A stretch of 64,000 bases of DNA from the NCBI GenBank assembly GCA_944390355.1, contig CALXPT010000001.1:47115-111114 (forward strand), given 5' to 3'. Origin of the DNA: an uncultured Alphaproteobacteria bacterium. Lineage in GTDB: Bacteria > Pseudomonadota > Alphaproteobacteria > RF32 > CAG-239. Shown here piece after piece: positions 18,610-27,364 of this stretch (its first letter is position 1; each line of letters starts with the position of its first letter). The notes under the pieces were generated by a model. That model saw only the letters and a list, made by a program, of their open reading frames with translations. It did no database searches and was not told the origin of the DNA. Made by a program: the position numbers and the translations under genes.

Positions 18610-19941
18610 TTAGGGCATAATCGTTATCGGTGCGCCGACAATCTTATAATCCAGTTTCTTAAATATCTTGGCTAATTCACGACGATTTTTTTTGACGGCC
18701 ATTACATCTCCGTATGGGGCGCGGTACATTTCCGGTACGGCTAACATTGTTATAACCTGCGTTCCCTTGAAGATGTCAGGCAACTTGCTTATCTCTTCTT
18801 TATAGGCATTGTTTTGTATATTAATAATTGACTGCAGGGTTGTGGCGGTTATTTTGCTTTTGCGGTAGGCTTTGATGGTTTTGTCGCAAGTATAGGCCCA
18901 CTCTTCTAATGAAAATCCTTGCTTGCCGACAATCTTTACAAATTCGGCATCCATTTTTAACAACTTTAATCGCTGTGCCAAGCGTTGGCAGGGATTGACC
19001 ATATCTTTCAAATTGTTTAACGGAAGTGATGTTCCCTGACTTTGTTCATAAGCGTTTATCAATACACGCGCTTCAACCAATTTTGTTTGTGTTTCCAAAT
19101 CTGAGGCAAAATCTTTCAAATCGGATAATGTCGAAATAAAGGCTTTTACGTCTGCCGAACTTAACGGAGATGTTTGAGTCGGCTCGATTGTGCGGAGTTT
19201 GTCCGCCAATTTCGGGGCGTAAGGATTTTGGCTCGGAAAATAATTTTCGGGCGGGACGAGTTTTTTTATTCGCTCCATAAACGACGCATCATATTTGGTT
19301 TGCGGCAAATTTACCTTGGGCTTCGGGTATTCTGTCGGAAATTTATACCCAGGCCAGACTTCCGGCATCAGCAAAAAATAAAGATACGGCGACAAAAACT
19401 CAATATTTGGTATGTTTTGCAACTGAGGCGCAATTCGCTCCGGAAATTTGTTTTTGGTTTCTTTTATCCCCGGCATTTGTAAAATCCGCTCCGACATATT
19501 CGGCACTTGGTGCAAATAGGGGCCAATGTAGGGATAAACCTCTTTCGGCAGCATTTTAATCATCGCATAAAAATAGTCTTCGCCCTGACGCTTTAGGCGT
19601 TTGTCGCTCATGCCGAAAGCGGCAATCTTGGCTTTGAAATCAGGTCGAAATTTTTGCCCGATATTCCATGTGAATTCGTAGCCGTAATCATAATATTTTT
19701 CTTTGGTATAGGCTTTATGCAAATCCTCATACTCCGGAAATTTGGCATTGATATCTACGGCAAACAACTCTGCATTATTCTTGTTCTTGGGGATTGCGTT
19801 TTGATTATCTTCTACATCGATAACCATTTGCGGCTCTTTTGACTTCATCGCAAAGGTTATGGGGGCAACTGAGGCCTCTGCTCCGACGGCCGCCCCCACA
19901 AAATACAACAAAGATAATATCGTTATCCTTTGTTTTTTCAT
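18610..19941 (-). CDS. Secreted hypothetical protein, 443 aa
   Basis: Signal peptide; 6 nt downstream of the preceding gene on the same strand, so likely an operon. Confidence 0.5.
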   Translation of the reverse strand: MKKQRITILSLLYFVGAAVGAEASVAPITFAMKSKEPQMVIDVEDNQNAIPKNKNNAELFAVDINAKFPEYEDLHKAYTKEKYYDYGYEFTWNIGQKFRPDFKAKIAAFGMSDKRLKRQGEDYFYAMIKMLPKEVYPYIGPYLHQVPNMSERILQMPGIKETKNKFPERIAPQLQNIPNIEFLSPYLYFLLMPEVWPGYKFPTEYPKPKVNLPQTKYDASFMERIKKLVPPENYFPSQNPYAPKLADKLRTIEPTQTSPLSSADVKAFISTLSDLKDFASDLETQTKLVEARVLINAYEQSQGTSLPLNNLKDMVNPCQRLAQRLKLLKMDAEFVKIVGKQGFSLEEWAYTCDKTIKAYRKSKITATTLQSIINIQNNAYKEEISKLPDIFKGTQVITMLAVPEMYRAPYGDVMAVKKNRRELAKIFKKLDYKIVGAPITIMP

Positions 19942-19947
19942 TTTACT

Positions 19948-21411
19948 CTATCTCAATGATGACTGCGCATTTACATTAGTTAATGTTACCTCATAGGTCA
20001 ATGTGGTCTCTCCCGATGCAGGAATTTTGACAAGCCAGTTCTGCTCACTGCTGTTTTTCTTTTCTCCTTTGAGATTTTCTTTGGTGATTTTCCACTCGGT
20101 ATTGCTTGCAAAGTTTTGTGTAAATTCAATTTCGACATCTTCGGTTTTGGCGTTTTTGAACGTATGTGCAACCGTGGCAATCAATTTGTCTTTAGAAATC
20201 GCTTTTATCTCATCTATTTTGCCGTCTATGGTGATGTCCGAGGCCGTGCCGATTGTGAGTTCGGCTTTTTCATTAACAGGGAGCATCGGCAACCTTGCTT
20301 CTCCGATAAATTGCTGACGGTCTTGCGAATCTTTGGCAAAAAAGCGTATCGTCCCTGTAGGCAACGGCGTACCCAGCCCGTTTTCCGCTTTATTTTCCAG
20401 CTTATAGACTATTTGCGGGTGCGCTTTTTCATATTTACCGTAATTTCTTGCGCTGTAACTCAAATATATCGGCGAATTTGACCGGTATTCTTTGGTATAT
20501 CGAACATTGTTTTTATCTATCAGACTAACCTGTTTGTTCTGCTTGTTTAACAGAGTTGTTTTTTCCGGCAATGTATAAAGATAATAATCGCTAAATGATT
20601 CTTGCGAAACCGCTGATTCTGCATTTAAACCGGCCGCAGAATCGTAACTTACGGTTTTGGCCGCACGCATCATCGGGGCTTGCGGGGCATAATTCGTAAA
20701 ATTACGAACATTGCCCGAAATTAGCTGTATCGACGCATCCTTATAATCTATACCAGATTCATTGGTTAAACTCACAAAACTTTTTAATTTTATATACTCA
20801 TCCGTTATCACATCCGCTACATAGTCCGCTTTCCATGACAGTCCTCTTGTCATGTAATCAAGCGTGAGGTCTTGTTGTCCTTGTTGTTGCGCGCGGACAT
20901 CTATGACTAATGTCGGTTCATTGCGCAAACCTGACGGAATTTCCTTGTATATTATACGGCCTGGGAATGCGGTTTCTATCCCGTAGCTAAAAGCCAGCAC
21001 GGGGTGGCTGTCGCCCGCATCCAAAATCAAGGCTTCATCGTATTTCGTTTCGCCCGTTTTTTCATCGTAAAGTGCTGTTTTTACTTTTTGACCAACCGAA
21101 TTTTGCAAAATGTTTTGCGGATTGATTAAGTTATAATTATAATTTTGCTCTAATACCTCTATGCCGTTGCCCTGCAACATTGCCGTTTCGGGCAGCAATG
21201 ATGATGAAACGCCCGCAAAGGCTATTTGATTTAGCCCTTTTTCTAAAGAAATTTCACGGCTATCACTTACAAAGGCTAAGTTTGAATTATAAATACTTAA
21301 ATGCAAGGCGTTTTGTGCCGATGTGTCTACTTTATTTTCCTTTGCCATGGCGGCTGCTGGAAGTGTTAAACCTATACATATTCCATACATGAAAATTTGC
21401 TTTAGTTTCAT
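19948..21411 (-). CDS. Secreted DUF4139/DUF4140-like (MuiA-like) protein, 487 aa
   Basis: Signal peptide; N-terminal pattern LSIYNSNLAFVSDSREISLEKGLNQIAFAGVSSSLLPETAMLQGNG resembles the DUF4140 N-domain. Confidence 0.45.
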   Translation of the reverse strand: MKLKQIFMYGICIGLTLPAAAMAKENKVDTSAQNALHLSIYNSNLAFVSDSREISLEKGLNQIAFAGVSSSLLPETAMLQGNGIEVLEQNYNYNLINPQNILQNSVGQKVKTALYDEKTGETKYDEALILDAGDSHPVLAFSYGIETAFPGRIIYKEIPSGLRNEPTLVIDVRAQQQGQQDLTLDYMTRGLSWKADYVADVITDEYIKLKSFVSLTNESGIDYKDASIQLISGNVRNFTNYAPQAPMMRAAKTVSYDSAAGLNAESAVSQESFSDYYLYTLPEKTTLLNKQNKQVSLIDKNNVRYTKEYRSNSPIYLSYSARNYGKYEKAHPQIVYKLENKAENGLGTPLPTGTIRFFAKDSQDRQQFIGEARLPMLPVNEKAELTIGTASDITIDGKIDEIKAISKDKLIATVAHTFKNAKTEDVEIEFTQNFASNTEWKITKENLKGEKKNSSEQNWLVKIPASGETTLTYEVTLTNVNAQSSLR

Positions 21412-21572
21412 TCTTTTTACTCCCTTTCGCGTTTTGTTTCGCTTAATGTAGCAATTTTTATCTTAAAAAATCATAAAAAAACTTTTTTCACGCAATAAAA
21501 TACTAGACTCGCGGAAAATATTTGCATAAAATGAGGCATATTTATTGTTGTTTTATTGTAAGGAGTTTGGTT

Positions 21573-22166
21573 ATGGCTTGGACAGACAAAATGGTTGAAG
21601 ACCTTAAGAGAATGTGGAAAGAAGGTCTCACAACAGGAGAAATCGGGCGTAGACTCGGAGTTTCTAAAAACTCTATCGTCGGCAAGGTTCACCGTTTGGG
21701 GTTATCCGGCCGCCCTTCTCCGATTAAGCGCAAAGGCAGCGACGCTGCCGCATCTGCCAAAGCCAATAAACCAACCGCTGCCAAGATTAAAAGCTCGTTC
21801 GACGACAAAGAATCGTCTTTAGCCGGTGCTAAAAATCAAAATAACGATACAGCTAAAGAATCGGCCTCCGAAAAAAAAGCTGCTCCGGAGGTGAAGACTG
21901 CTCCGGTATTCGAAAAAAAGTCTTTCCCGCTCTCAAAAGAAGGAAACTTTGTCAGCAACTTCTCGTTCAAAATCGACTACAAACAGGAAGATTTGAAAAG
22001 CGGCGTTACAAAACTCATCAATTTAGACAATCACACTTGCCGCTGGCCTATCGGCGATCCCAAAGACGAAAATTTTCATTTCTGTGGGAAAAAAGTCCGC
22101 ATGGGGCAGACTTATTGTGAGGAACATGCTGCTATCGCTTATGTTAAAGCTACTGCAAAAAAATAG
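21573..22166 (+). CDS. gcrA: Cell-cycle transcriptional regulator GcrA
   Basis: MAWTDKMVEDLKRMWKEGLTTGEIGRRLGVSKNSIVGKVHRLGL and C-terminal CRWPIGDP...FHFCG...YCEEH are GcrA hallmarks; start at the internal Met with AAGGAG Shine-Dalgarno. Confidence 0.85.
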   Translation: MAWTDKMVEDLKRMWKEGLTTGEIGRRLGVSKNSIVGKVHRLGLSGRPSPIKRKGSDAAASAKANKPTAAKIKSSFDDKESSLAGAKNQNNDTAKESASEKKAAPEVKTAPVFEKKSFPLSKEGNFVSNFSFKIDYKQEDLKSGVTKLINLDNHTCRWPIGDPKDENFHFCGKKVRMGQTYCEEHAAIAYVKATAKK

Positions 22167-22247
22167 GTTCTTTTTCATAAAATAACCTTTGGTTAACCTT
22201 TTTAGGGTTATAATAGTACCTGACTTGTAATTTGAGGATTTTTTCTG

Positions 22248-23066
22248 ATGTCGTTAGGTACTATTGTTGCTTTTATTTTAGGTATATGCACGGTTGTCGG
22301 CTCTATTGTATCTGCAACCGATCGCCCTATGGCTTTTATTGATATACCAAGTGTGATTATCGTTATCGGAGGTACTTTTGTTACCTGCTTTATTTCCTAT
22401 GAAACCAAAGTGGCTCTTCAAGCCGTTAAAACTCTTTTGCGCCCTTTTAAAAAATATAATGATATGAATGCTTCCCTTAAAGATGAAGTCGGTCGTATGA
22501 TTAAGTGGGGATATGTTGTTCAAAAAAACGGTTTACAAGGTTTGGAAAATGAGGTAACCGAACAAGTGCGGCAGGATAGTCCTTTCTTGGCTTATGGCGC
22601 GGATTTGGTGGTTACCGGTTATACGGGTGCTGAAATCAGACAAATCTTGGAACATATGATGGATGAAGAAGGTGCTCGTAATCGTATTGCTACCGGTGCT
22701 TTGATGAAAATGGGCGGCGATGCCCCCGCTTTTGGTATGCTTGGTACGCTTATCGGCTTGGTTATCATGCTTAGTAATATGAGCGGCGATCCGGCTTCTA
22801 TCGGACCTAGTATGGCCGTGGCTTTAATCACTACTTTTTACGGCGTTATTTTAGCCCGTCTTTTCTGTATACCTATGGCTACCAAAATGAATGCTCGTTT
22901 TGACAGAACCGAACTCATTAATAATATCCAAATGGACGGGCTGGTTCTGTTGGCCGAAAGAAAAAGCCCACGCTACATTCAAGATAAACTTAACTCTTAT
23001 GTCGATGTTAAAGACCAGTTCTTGATTGATAGGGATATGAATAAAGAATCTTCTGCCGCTAACTAA
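22248..23066 (+). CDS. motA: MotA/TolQ/ExbB-family proton channel (MotA-like stator)
   Basis: 4-TM topology with a cytoplasmic loop and a conserved C-terminal TM pair; 272 aa. Confidence 0.6.
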   Translation: MSLGTIVAFILGICTVVGSIVSATDRPMAFIDIPSVIIVIGGTFVTCFISYETKVALQAVKTLLRPFKKYNDMNASLKDEVGRMIKWGYVVQKNGLQGLENEVTEQVRQDSPFLAYGADLVVTGYTGAEIRQILEHMMDEEGARNRIATGALMKMGGDAPAFGMLGTLIGLVIMLSNMSGDPASIGPSMAVALITTFYGVILARLFCIPMATKMNARFDRTELINNIQMDGLVLLAERKSPRYIQDKLNSYVDVKDQFLIDRDMNKESSAAN

Positions 23067-23080
23067 ACGGGGTTAATTTC

Positions 23081-23737
23081 ATGAAAGAAAAAAAAGAAGT
23101 TCAAATTGACAGCTCTTGGCAAGATACCTATGGCGACATGGTTACTTTGCTGTTGTGCTTCTTTGTCATGATGGTGGCGGCATCAAGCGTCGATCAAGCC
23201 AAATATGAACAAATTCAAGCCGGCATGCAAGAGGGGCTCGGAAAAGCCGATGTTCAACGACCGATTGAAATGATGATGGTCGAATTGGCTGATGATATTC
23301 AATCTTTAGATGCCTCCGACAAGGTTTCTTTGGGGAGTGATACTCAAGGGGTGGTCTTGGAGTTTAACGGTGATACGTTTTTTGATACCGGTTCGGCCGA
23401 AATTAAACCATCTGCTTTTCCCGTATTGAAAAAAATTGCGGCTACGTTGCAATCTGACAGATATATGAAATTTGACTTTAGCATTGAGGGACACACGAGT
23501 AATCGCGCTTTTCAAAATGACAAATATCCTACGCATTGGGAGTTATCGGCTGCTCGTGCCGCTTCGGTTGCCAGATTTTTGCAAGATAGAGGTATCAGCC
23601 ATTCTAGAATGCGCATTACGGGTTTTGCCGATAATGTGCCTAAGCTGCCTAACTTAGACCCATTTAATGAGCCTATCCCGCAGAACCAAATTCAAAATCA
23701 GCGCGTTGTTATTCACATTGAGCCCAGAGTTTATTAG
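23081..23737 (+). CDS. motB: MotB/OmpA-family protein
   Basis: N-terminal TM carrying the conserved Asp (DTYGDMVTLLLCFF), C-terminal OmpA-like peptidoglycan-binding domain (IEGHTSN, LSAARAASV). Confidence 0.6.
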   Translation: MKEKKEVQIDSSWQDTYGDMVTLLLCFFVMMVAASSVDQAKYEQIQAGMQEGLGKADVQRPIEMMMVELADDIQSLDASDKVSLGSDTQGVVLEFNGDTFFDTGSAEIKPSAFPVLKKIAATLQSDRYMKFDFSIEGHTSNRAFQNDKYPTHWELSAARAASVARFLQDRGISHSRMRITGFADNVPKLPNLDPFNEPIPQNQIQNQRVVIHIEPRVY

Positions 23738-23784
23738 GTTGAGTGTTATTGATTGTGCTGAGTAACTGCTAAGTTGGTTTTTAT

Positions 23785-23815
23785 AAAAGGAGTAATCGTG
23801 ATTACTCCTTTTATT
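23785..23815. terminator. Bidirectional rho-independent terminator
   Basis: aaaaggagtaatc-gtg-attactcctttt hairpin followed by a T-run, between motB (+) and the XRE gene (-). Confidence 0.65.
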
Positions 23816-23865
23816 TTTGTTAATCAGCCAAAGAGGAGATGAGGTCTGGGAGAGCTGTTTTTCTT

Positions 23866-24306
23866 TTATTCCGTGAGGGTGTCTACAAGGGTGTAGAGAG
23901 CTTGTTTTAGGTTTGGATTTTTGATTTTGGCGATAGATTTGAGCATTGCAATATTTTGTTGGTCATAGAGCGGGTCGCCTTTGTCAAAAGGAAGCGGCGC
24001 GGATGAACTATAGAGTTGGCAAGGGCTTTGACTGGCGGTTTGTTCATCCATATCATCAAAGAAAAAAGTTACCGGAACGCGCAGGATTTTTGCAAAATCC
24101 CACAAGCGGCTGGCACTGACGCGGTTATGACCTTGTTCATATTTTTGCACTTGTTGGAAAGTAATGCCGAGTGTTTGGGCTAATTTTTCTTGTGATATTC
24201 TAAGCATGAGCCTACGCATACGGATACGGTTGCCGACATAAACATCAACAGGATTAGCCGAACCGTCGGCCAAAACCCCGCGTGATTTTTTGCGTTGTGA
24301 AATCAT
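23866..24306 (-). CDS. XRE-family helix-turn-helix transcriptional regulator
   Basis: Cro/C1-type HTH (RIRMRRLMLRISQEKLAQTLGITFQQVQKYEQGHNRVSASRL); ATG at 24306 with GGGGAG Shine-Dalgarno; the track's TTG at 24315 is less likely. Confidence 0.75.
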   Translation of the reverse strand: MISQRKKSRGVLADGSANPVDVYVGNRIRMRRLMLRISQEKLAQTLGITFQQVQKYEQGHNRVSASRLWDFAKILRVPVTFFFDDMDEQTASQSPCQLYSSSAPLPFDKGDPLYDQQNIAMLKSIAKIKNPNLKQALYTLVDTLTE

Positions 24307-24337
24307 ATTAATCAACTCCCCGTTTTATGAATTGTCC

Positions 24338-24364
24338 TAAAAAAGAAAGACCGCAAAAGCGGTC
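24338..24364 (-). terminator. Rho-independent terminator separating the upstream sRNA from the XRE gene
   Basis: On the minus strand, gaccgc-uuuu-gcggtc followed by TTTCTTTTTT, located 30 nt upstream of the XRE start codon. Confidence 0.6.
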
Positions 24365-24580
24365 GGGGAGTTCGTAAATCATGTTCTGTAAAATGATTCC
24401 TATGGTCTTTAAGGAGGAACCTCTGGACATACACCACAGGCTCCCCAACCATAAAAGATTGGAGATGGACGTGGTATATGAAATACCTTACGACATCATC
24501 CGTGTCGTACAGAACAAGAGCTTACGACAGCCCCGTGCCGTTTTATTCGGCACTAAGTACCGGCTATCTACCGATACCTA
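24338..24580 (-). ncRNA. Candidate cis-encoded structured sRNA upstream of the XRE regulator (Brt-like arrangement)
   Basis: Minus-strand promoter TTGAAA-16-TATATT (24587..24614), several hairpins, a covarying stem at 24399..24440 and the terminator at 24338..24364; no plausible ORF. Confidence 0.45.
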
Positions 24581-24586
24581 GCAACG

Positions 24587-24614
24587 AATATACCCGAACT
24601 TTCTTAAATTTCAA
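24587..24614 (-). promoter_or_regulatory. Sigma-70-like promoter for the Brt-like sRNA
   Basis: Minus strand TTGAAA, 16-nt spacer, TATATT. Confidence 0.4.
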
Positions 24615-24657
24615 CTAAAAAAATAACATCGCTGGCGGATGGGGCGGAGAAATGGTT

Positions 24658-24707
24658 GGGGTGGAGAGAGCTGTGGGGTGGAGAGAGCTGTGGGGTGGAG
24701 AGCGTTG
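24658..24707. repeat. Tandem 17-bp repeat (ggggtggagagagctgt, about 3 units) inside a ~260-bp G-rich island
   Basis: Direct inspection; 24633..24895 is strongly purine/G-skewed on the plus strand (local GC ~60% against ~40% for the genome). Confidence 0.7.
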
Positions 24708-24881
24708 CGGCGGGAAGTATGGGGGAACAAAAGGCTGGAGCAGGTGCCGGAGTGAACGGAGAAAGCGGTGGTTGGGCGTGGGACTGAGTGTGAGGGTGAG
24801 GTTTTGAGTGCGGCAGGTTTGGTGCGGAGCGCGGCGGCGGGGCGAGACGGTTGGCAAGGGGGTGCAGGTGGAGGAGCGTGT

Positions 24882-24947
24882 CTAGAAGAAAGTGAGAGCC
24901 GAACCGTCGGGCAAAACCCCGCGTGATTTTTTGCGTTGTGAAATCAT
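24882..24947 (-). pseudogene. Truncated 5' fragment of an XRE-family gene (first ~14 codons conserved with the 23866..24306 gene)
   Basis: Minus strand atgatttcacaacgcaaaaaatcacgcggggttttgcccgacggttcggc is nearly identical to the XRE gene start; the frame ends after 21 codons. Confidence 0.45.
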
Positions 24948-24978
24948 ATTAATCAACTCCCCGTTTTGTGAATTATCC

Positions 24979-25115
24979 TAAAAAAGAAAGACCGCTGAAA
25001 AGCGGTCGGGAAGTTGAACAATCATACTTATTGAAATGACTCTTGTGGCCTTTAAGACCGAGAACCTCTGGACATACGCCACAAGCCTCCCGACCCTAAA
25101 AAAGCTTGAGATAAG
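24979..25115 (-). ncRNA. Degenerate second copy of the Brt-like sRNA 3' portion with its own terminator
   Basis: ~210-bp direct repeat of 24253..24465: the first ~100 nt are nearly identical, the rest ~75% identical with compensatory stem changes; terminator hairpin gaccgc-tgaaaa-gcggtc at 24990..25007. Confidence 0.35.
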
Positions 25116-25175
25116 ATGTTAATATCATTATGACCTCATTCGTGTCAGACTTAGCAAAACTGTTCCTTGTTGTTT

Positions 25176-25904
25176 TTATGCTTCGGTTTCGGCATTCTCA
25201 GCGGCCGCCGCTTTATCTAACGCATAGCCTGTCGAACGTACCGTGCGGATATAATCCGGACCATGCTCGTTCAAAGATTTTCTTAACCTGCGGATGTGAA
25301 CATCTACCGTGCGGGATTCTACATATATATTATCTCCCCAGACGTTCTTTAGCAGACTCTCCCTCGAGTGGACTTTATTCGGCGTTTCCATTAACATCTT
25401 AAGCAGGCGAAATTCGGTCGGCCCTAAGTGAATGAATACCCCATTTCTGAAAACCTTTTTTTCTACCAAATCCATATGGATATCTTCAAAATCAAGCTCT
25501 TTGGCCGTGGTCGGCTCCGGTGCTCGTCTCAACTGCGCCTTTACTCGCGCGATTAATTCCGGTACCGAAAACGGCTTGGTTACATAGTCATCCGCGCCCG
25601 AACTTAACCCCTTTATTTTGTCTTGTTCTTCGCCCTTGGCCGTTAACATTATTATCGGAATGTTTTTGATGTCCGGTTTGGAGCGGATAAGTTTGCATAT
25701 CTCAACTCCCGACATCTCCGGCAACATCCAATCCAGTACAATTACCGATGGTTGGTTTTTCTCAATCTCTGCCAAAGCTATGCCACCGCGGTTTACATGC
25801 TGAACTTTGAAACCTTCTTTTTCAAGATTATATTTGAGTAAAAGCGCCAGTGCCTCTTCATCTTCAACCAACATTATCAGTTTTGCCATGATTTTCTTAT
25901 CCAT
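25176..25904 (-). CDS. phoB: Phosphate regulon response regulator PhoB
   Basis: Strong match to the alphaproteobacterial PhoB pattern (LVEDEEAL, VLDWMLP, IIMLTAKGEE, KPFSVPELIARV, GPTEFRLL, VWG, RTVDVHIRRLRK, RTVR..GY). Confidence 0.85.
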   Translation of the reverse strand: MDKKIMAKLIMLVEDEEALALLLKYNLEKEGFKVQHVNRGGIALAEIEKNQPSVIVLDWMLPEMSGVEICKLIRSKPDIKNIPIIMLTAKGEEQDKIKGLSSGADDYVTKPFSVPELIARVKAQLRRAPEPTTAKELDFEDIHMDLVEKKVFRNGVFIHLGPTEFRLLKMLMETPNKVHSRESLLKNVWGDNIYVESRTVDVHIRRLRKSLNEHGPDYIRTVRSTGYALDKAAAAENAETEA

Positions 25905-25953
25905 TCTAAAAAAATTCTTTTTATTGTCTTATCCTAGCATGCGGCCGTTAAAT

Positions 25954-26589
25954 TTATCTTAAAGCGTTGATATTATTTTGATATTCCCCCATGGCAAAAA
26001 TTGACGTGCCGGCCACCAAAATATCTGCTCCTGCTTTCTTGCATTGTTTTGCTGTTTGGGGATTTATGCCGCCGTCTACCTCTATTGCTATCTCTTTACC
26101 CTTAATCATTTGCTTTACTCGGGTTATCTTGTCTAGCTGGCTCTCGATAAAACTTTGTCCGCCAAACCCCGGGTTGACCGTCATTATTAAAATTAAATCT
26201 ACATTACCCAGCACATATTCTATCACATCTTCCGGCGTGGAGGGATTTAACGATACGCCAGCCTTGCAACCCAATTTGCGTATCTCGGACAAGGTTCGGT
26301 CAAGATGTGCCGCGGCTTCGGCATGCACCGTGATTATATCAGCCCCTGCTTTGGCCATGTCTGCCAAAAATGTTTCGGGATGCTCAACCATAAGATGCAC
26401 ATCAAAAGGCAACCGGCTATGCGGACGCAACTTCTTTATAACCGGTGCACCAAATGTTAAGTTGGGGACAAAGCTGCCATCCATTACATCCAGATGAATC
26501 ATGTCTGCCCCACTCTTCTCCAGCAATTTAAGCTCGTTTTCTAAATTCGCAAAATCCGCCGATAAAATGCTCGGAGCTATCTTTACCAT
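25954..26589 (-). CDS. rpe: Ribulose-phosphate 3-epimerase
   Basis: MVKIAPSILSADF...HLDVMDG...HLMV; 211 aa. Confidence 0.9.
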   Translation of the reverse strand: MVKIAPSILSADFANLENELKLLEKSGADMIHLDVMDGSFVPNLTFGAPVIKKLRPHSRLPFDVHLMVEHPETFLADMAKAGADIITVHAEAAAHLDRTLSEIRKLGCKAGVSLNPSTPEDVIEYVLGNVDLILIMTVNPGFGGQSFIESQLDKITRVKQMIKGKEIAIEVDGGINPQTAKQCKKAGADILVAGTSIFAMGEYQNNINALR

Positions 26590-26729
26590 TTCTTTTCTCC
26601 TTGTTTATTTGTTTTCAGCATAGTCTGGCTGCCGTTAAATTACCATTAAAATTTCTCGTCCTCGTTGATTTTTTGAAAACTTTGATTACCTCTGTGGTTG
26701 ATTTTTATTTTTTTAGAGGAGAAAAAATT

Positions 26730-27230
26730 ATGTCGCAAATGGCTATGAAAATTTCTAAACTTGATAACAAAAAATTGCTCGATTTGCTCAATGTGGCTTT
26801 TGCCGAAGAATGGTTGGCCTATTATCAATATTGGATCGGGGCTCATTTGGCCGAAGGGGTGCTTCGTCATGCCGTGGTGAAAGAATTTGAAGAACACGCT
26901 GCCGAAGAACTCGAACATGCCGAAAAGCTGGCTAAACGAATCGCAGAACTCGGCGGTACCCCGCTTACGAATCCGAATATGTTTGAAAAAGTTGCCGAAT
27001 GCAAATATGAAGAGCCGAAAAACCTGCATGTTTCTATTCTGCTGCAGCAAAATTTGGCTTCTGAGCGTTGCGCTGTTGCTCGCTATCAGCAAATTTGCGA
27101 AATGTGCGAGGGCAATGATTATATCACCTTTAACATGGCCAGAGAGATTTTGGCCGAGGAAGTGGAGCATGAGCAAGAAATCGACTCGTATCTTACCGAC
27201 ATTGAAGTTTTTCGCGAGCACTTCAAATAA
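26730..27230 (+). CDS. Ferritin-like diiron-carboxylate protein (Dps/ferritin superfamily)
   Basis: E..E/ExxH motif pairs (EEWLAY, EEHAAEELEHAEK, EEVEHEQE); start at MSQMAMK with AGAGGAG Shine-Dalgarno. The upstream part of the track ORF and the antisense ORF are spurious. Confidence 0.6.
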   Translation: MSQMAMKISKLDNKKLLDLLNVAFAEEWLAYYQYWIGAHLAEGVLRHAVVKEFEEHAAEELEHAEKLAKRIAELGGTPLTNPNMFEKVAECKYEEPKNLHVSILLQQNLASERCAVARYQQICEMCEGNDYITFNMAREILAEEVEHEQEIDSYLTDIEVFREHFK

Positions 27231-27333
27231 ATAGACCAAATTTATTTTAACCTTTTGTTAATAATTTCAAGCACTTAGAGAGTTTTTAGCCATTATTGTT
27301 GCTATATTACTCTCTTTTTTTTGCAAAAAGTTG

Positions 27334-27360
27334 TTGACAAAATATCTAAAAAGATATAAT
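27334..27360 (+). promoter_or_regulatory. Sigma-70-like promoter TTGACA-15-TATAAT
   Basis: Near-consensus hexamers in an intergenic region with no downstream ORF before the terminator. Confidence 0.45.
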
Positions 27361-27364
27361 TTTA

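Noticed and set aside
24300-24560. tmRNA, SRP RNA or RNase P RNA
   Set aside because: There is no tag-peptide reading frame, no GGAAGCAGCCA-type SRP domain IV and no P4 or RNase P conserved blocks. The structure is better explained as a cis sRNA with a terminator.
24615-24857. 80-aa Pro/Ser-rich minus-strand ORF
   Set aside because: Low-complexity translation of the G-rich repeat island, with no Shine-Dalgarno.
26646-27239. 197-aa minus-strand ORF
   Set aside because: It is antisense to the ferritin-like gene, which has the E..ExxH motif pairs.
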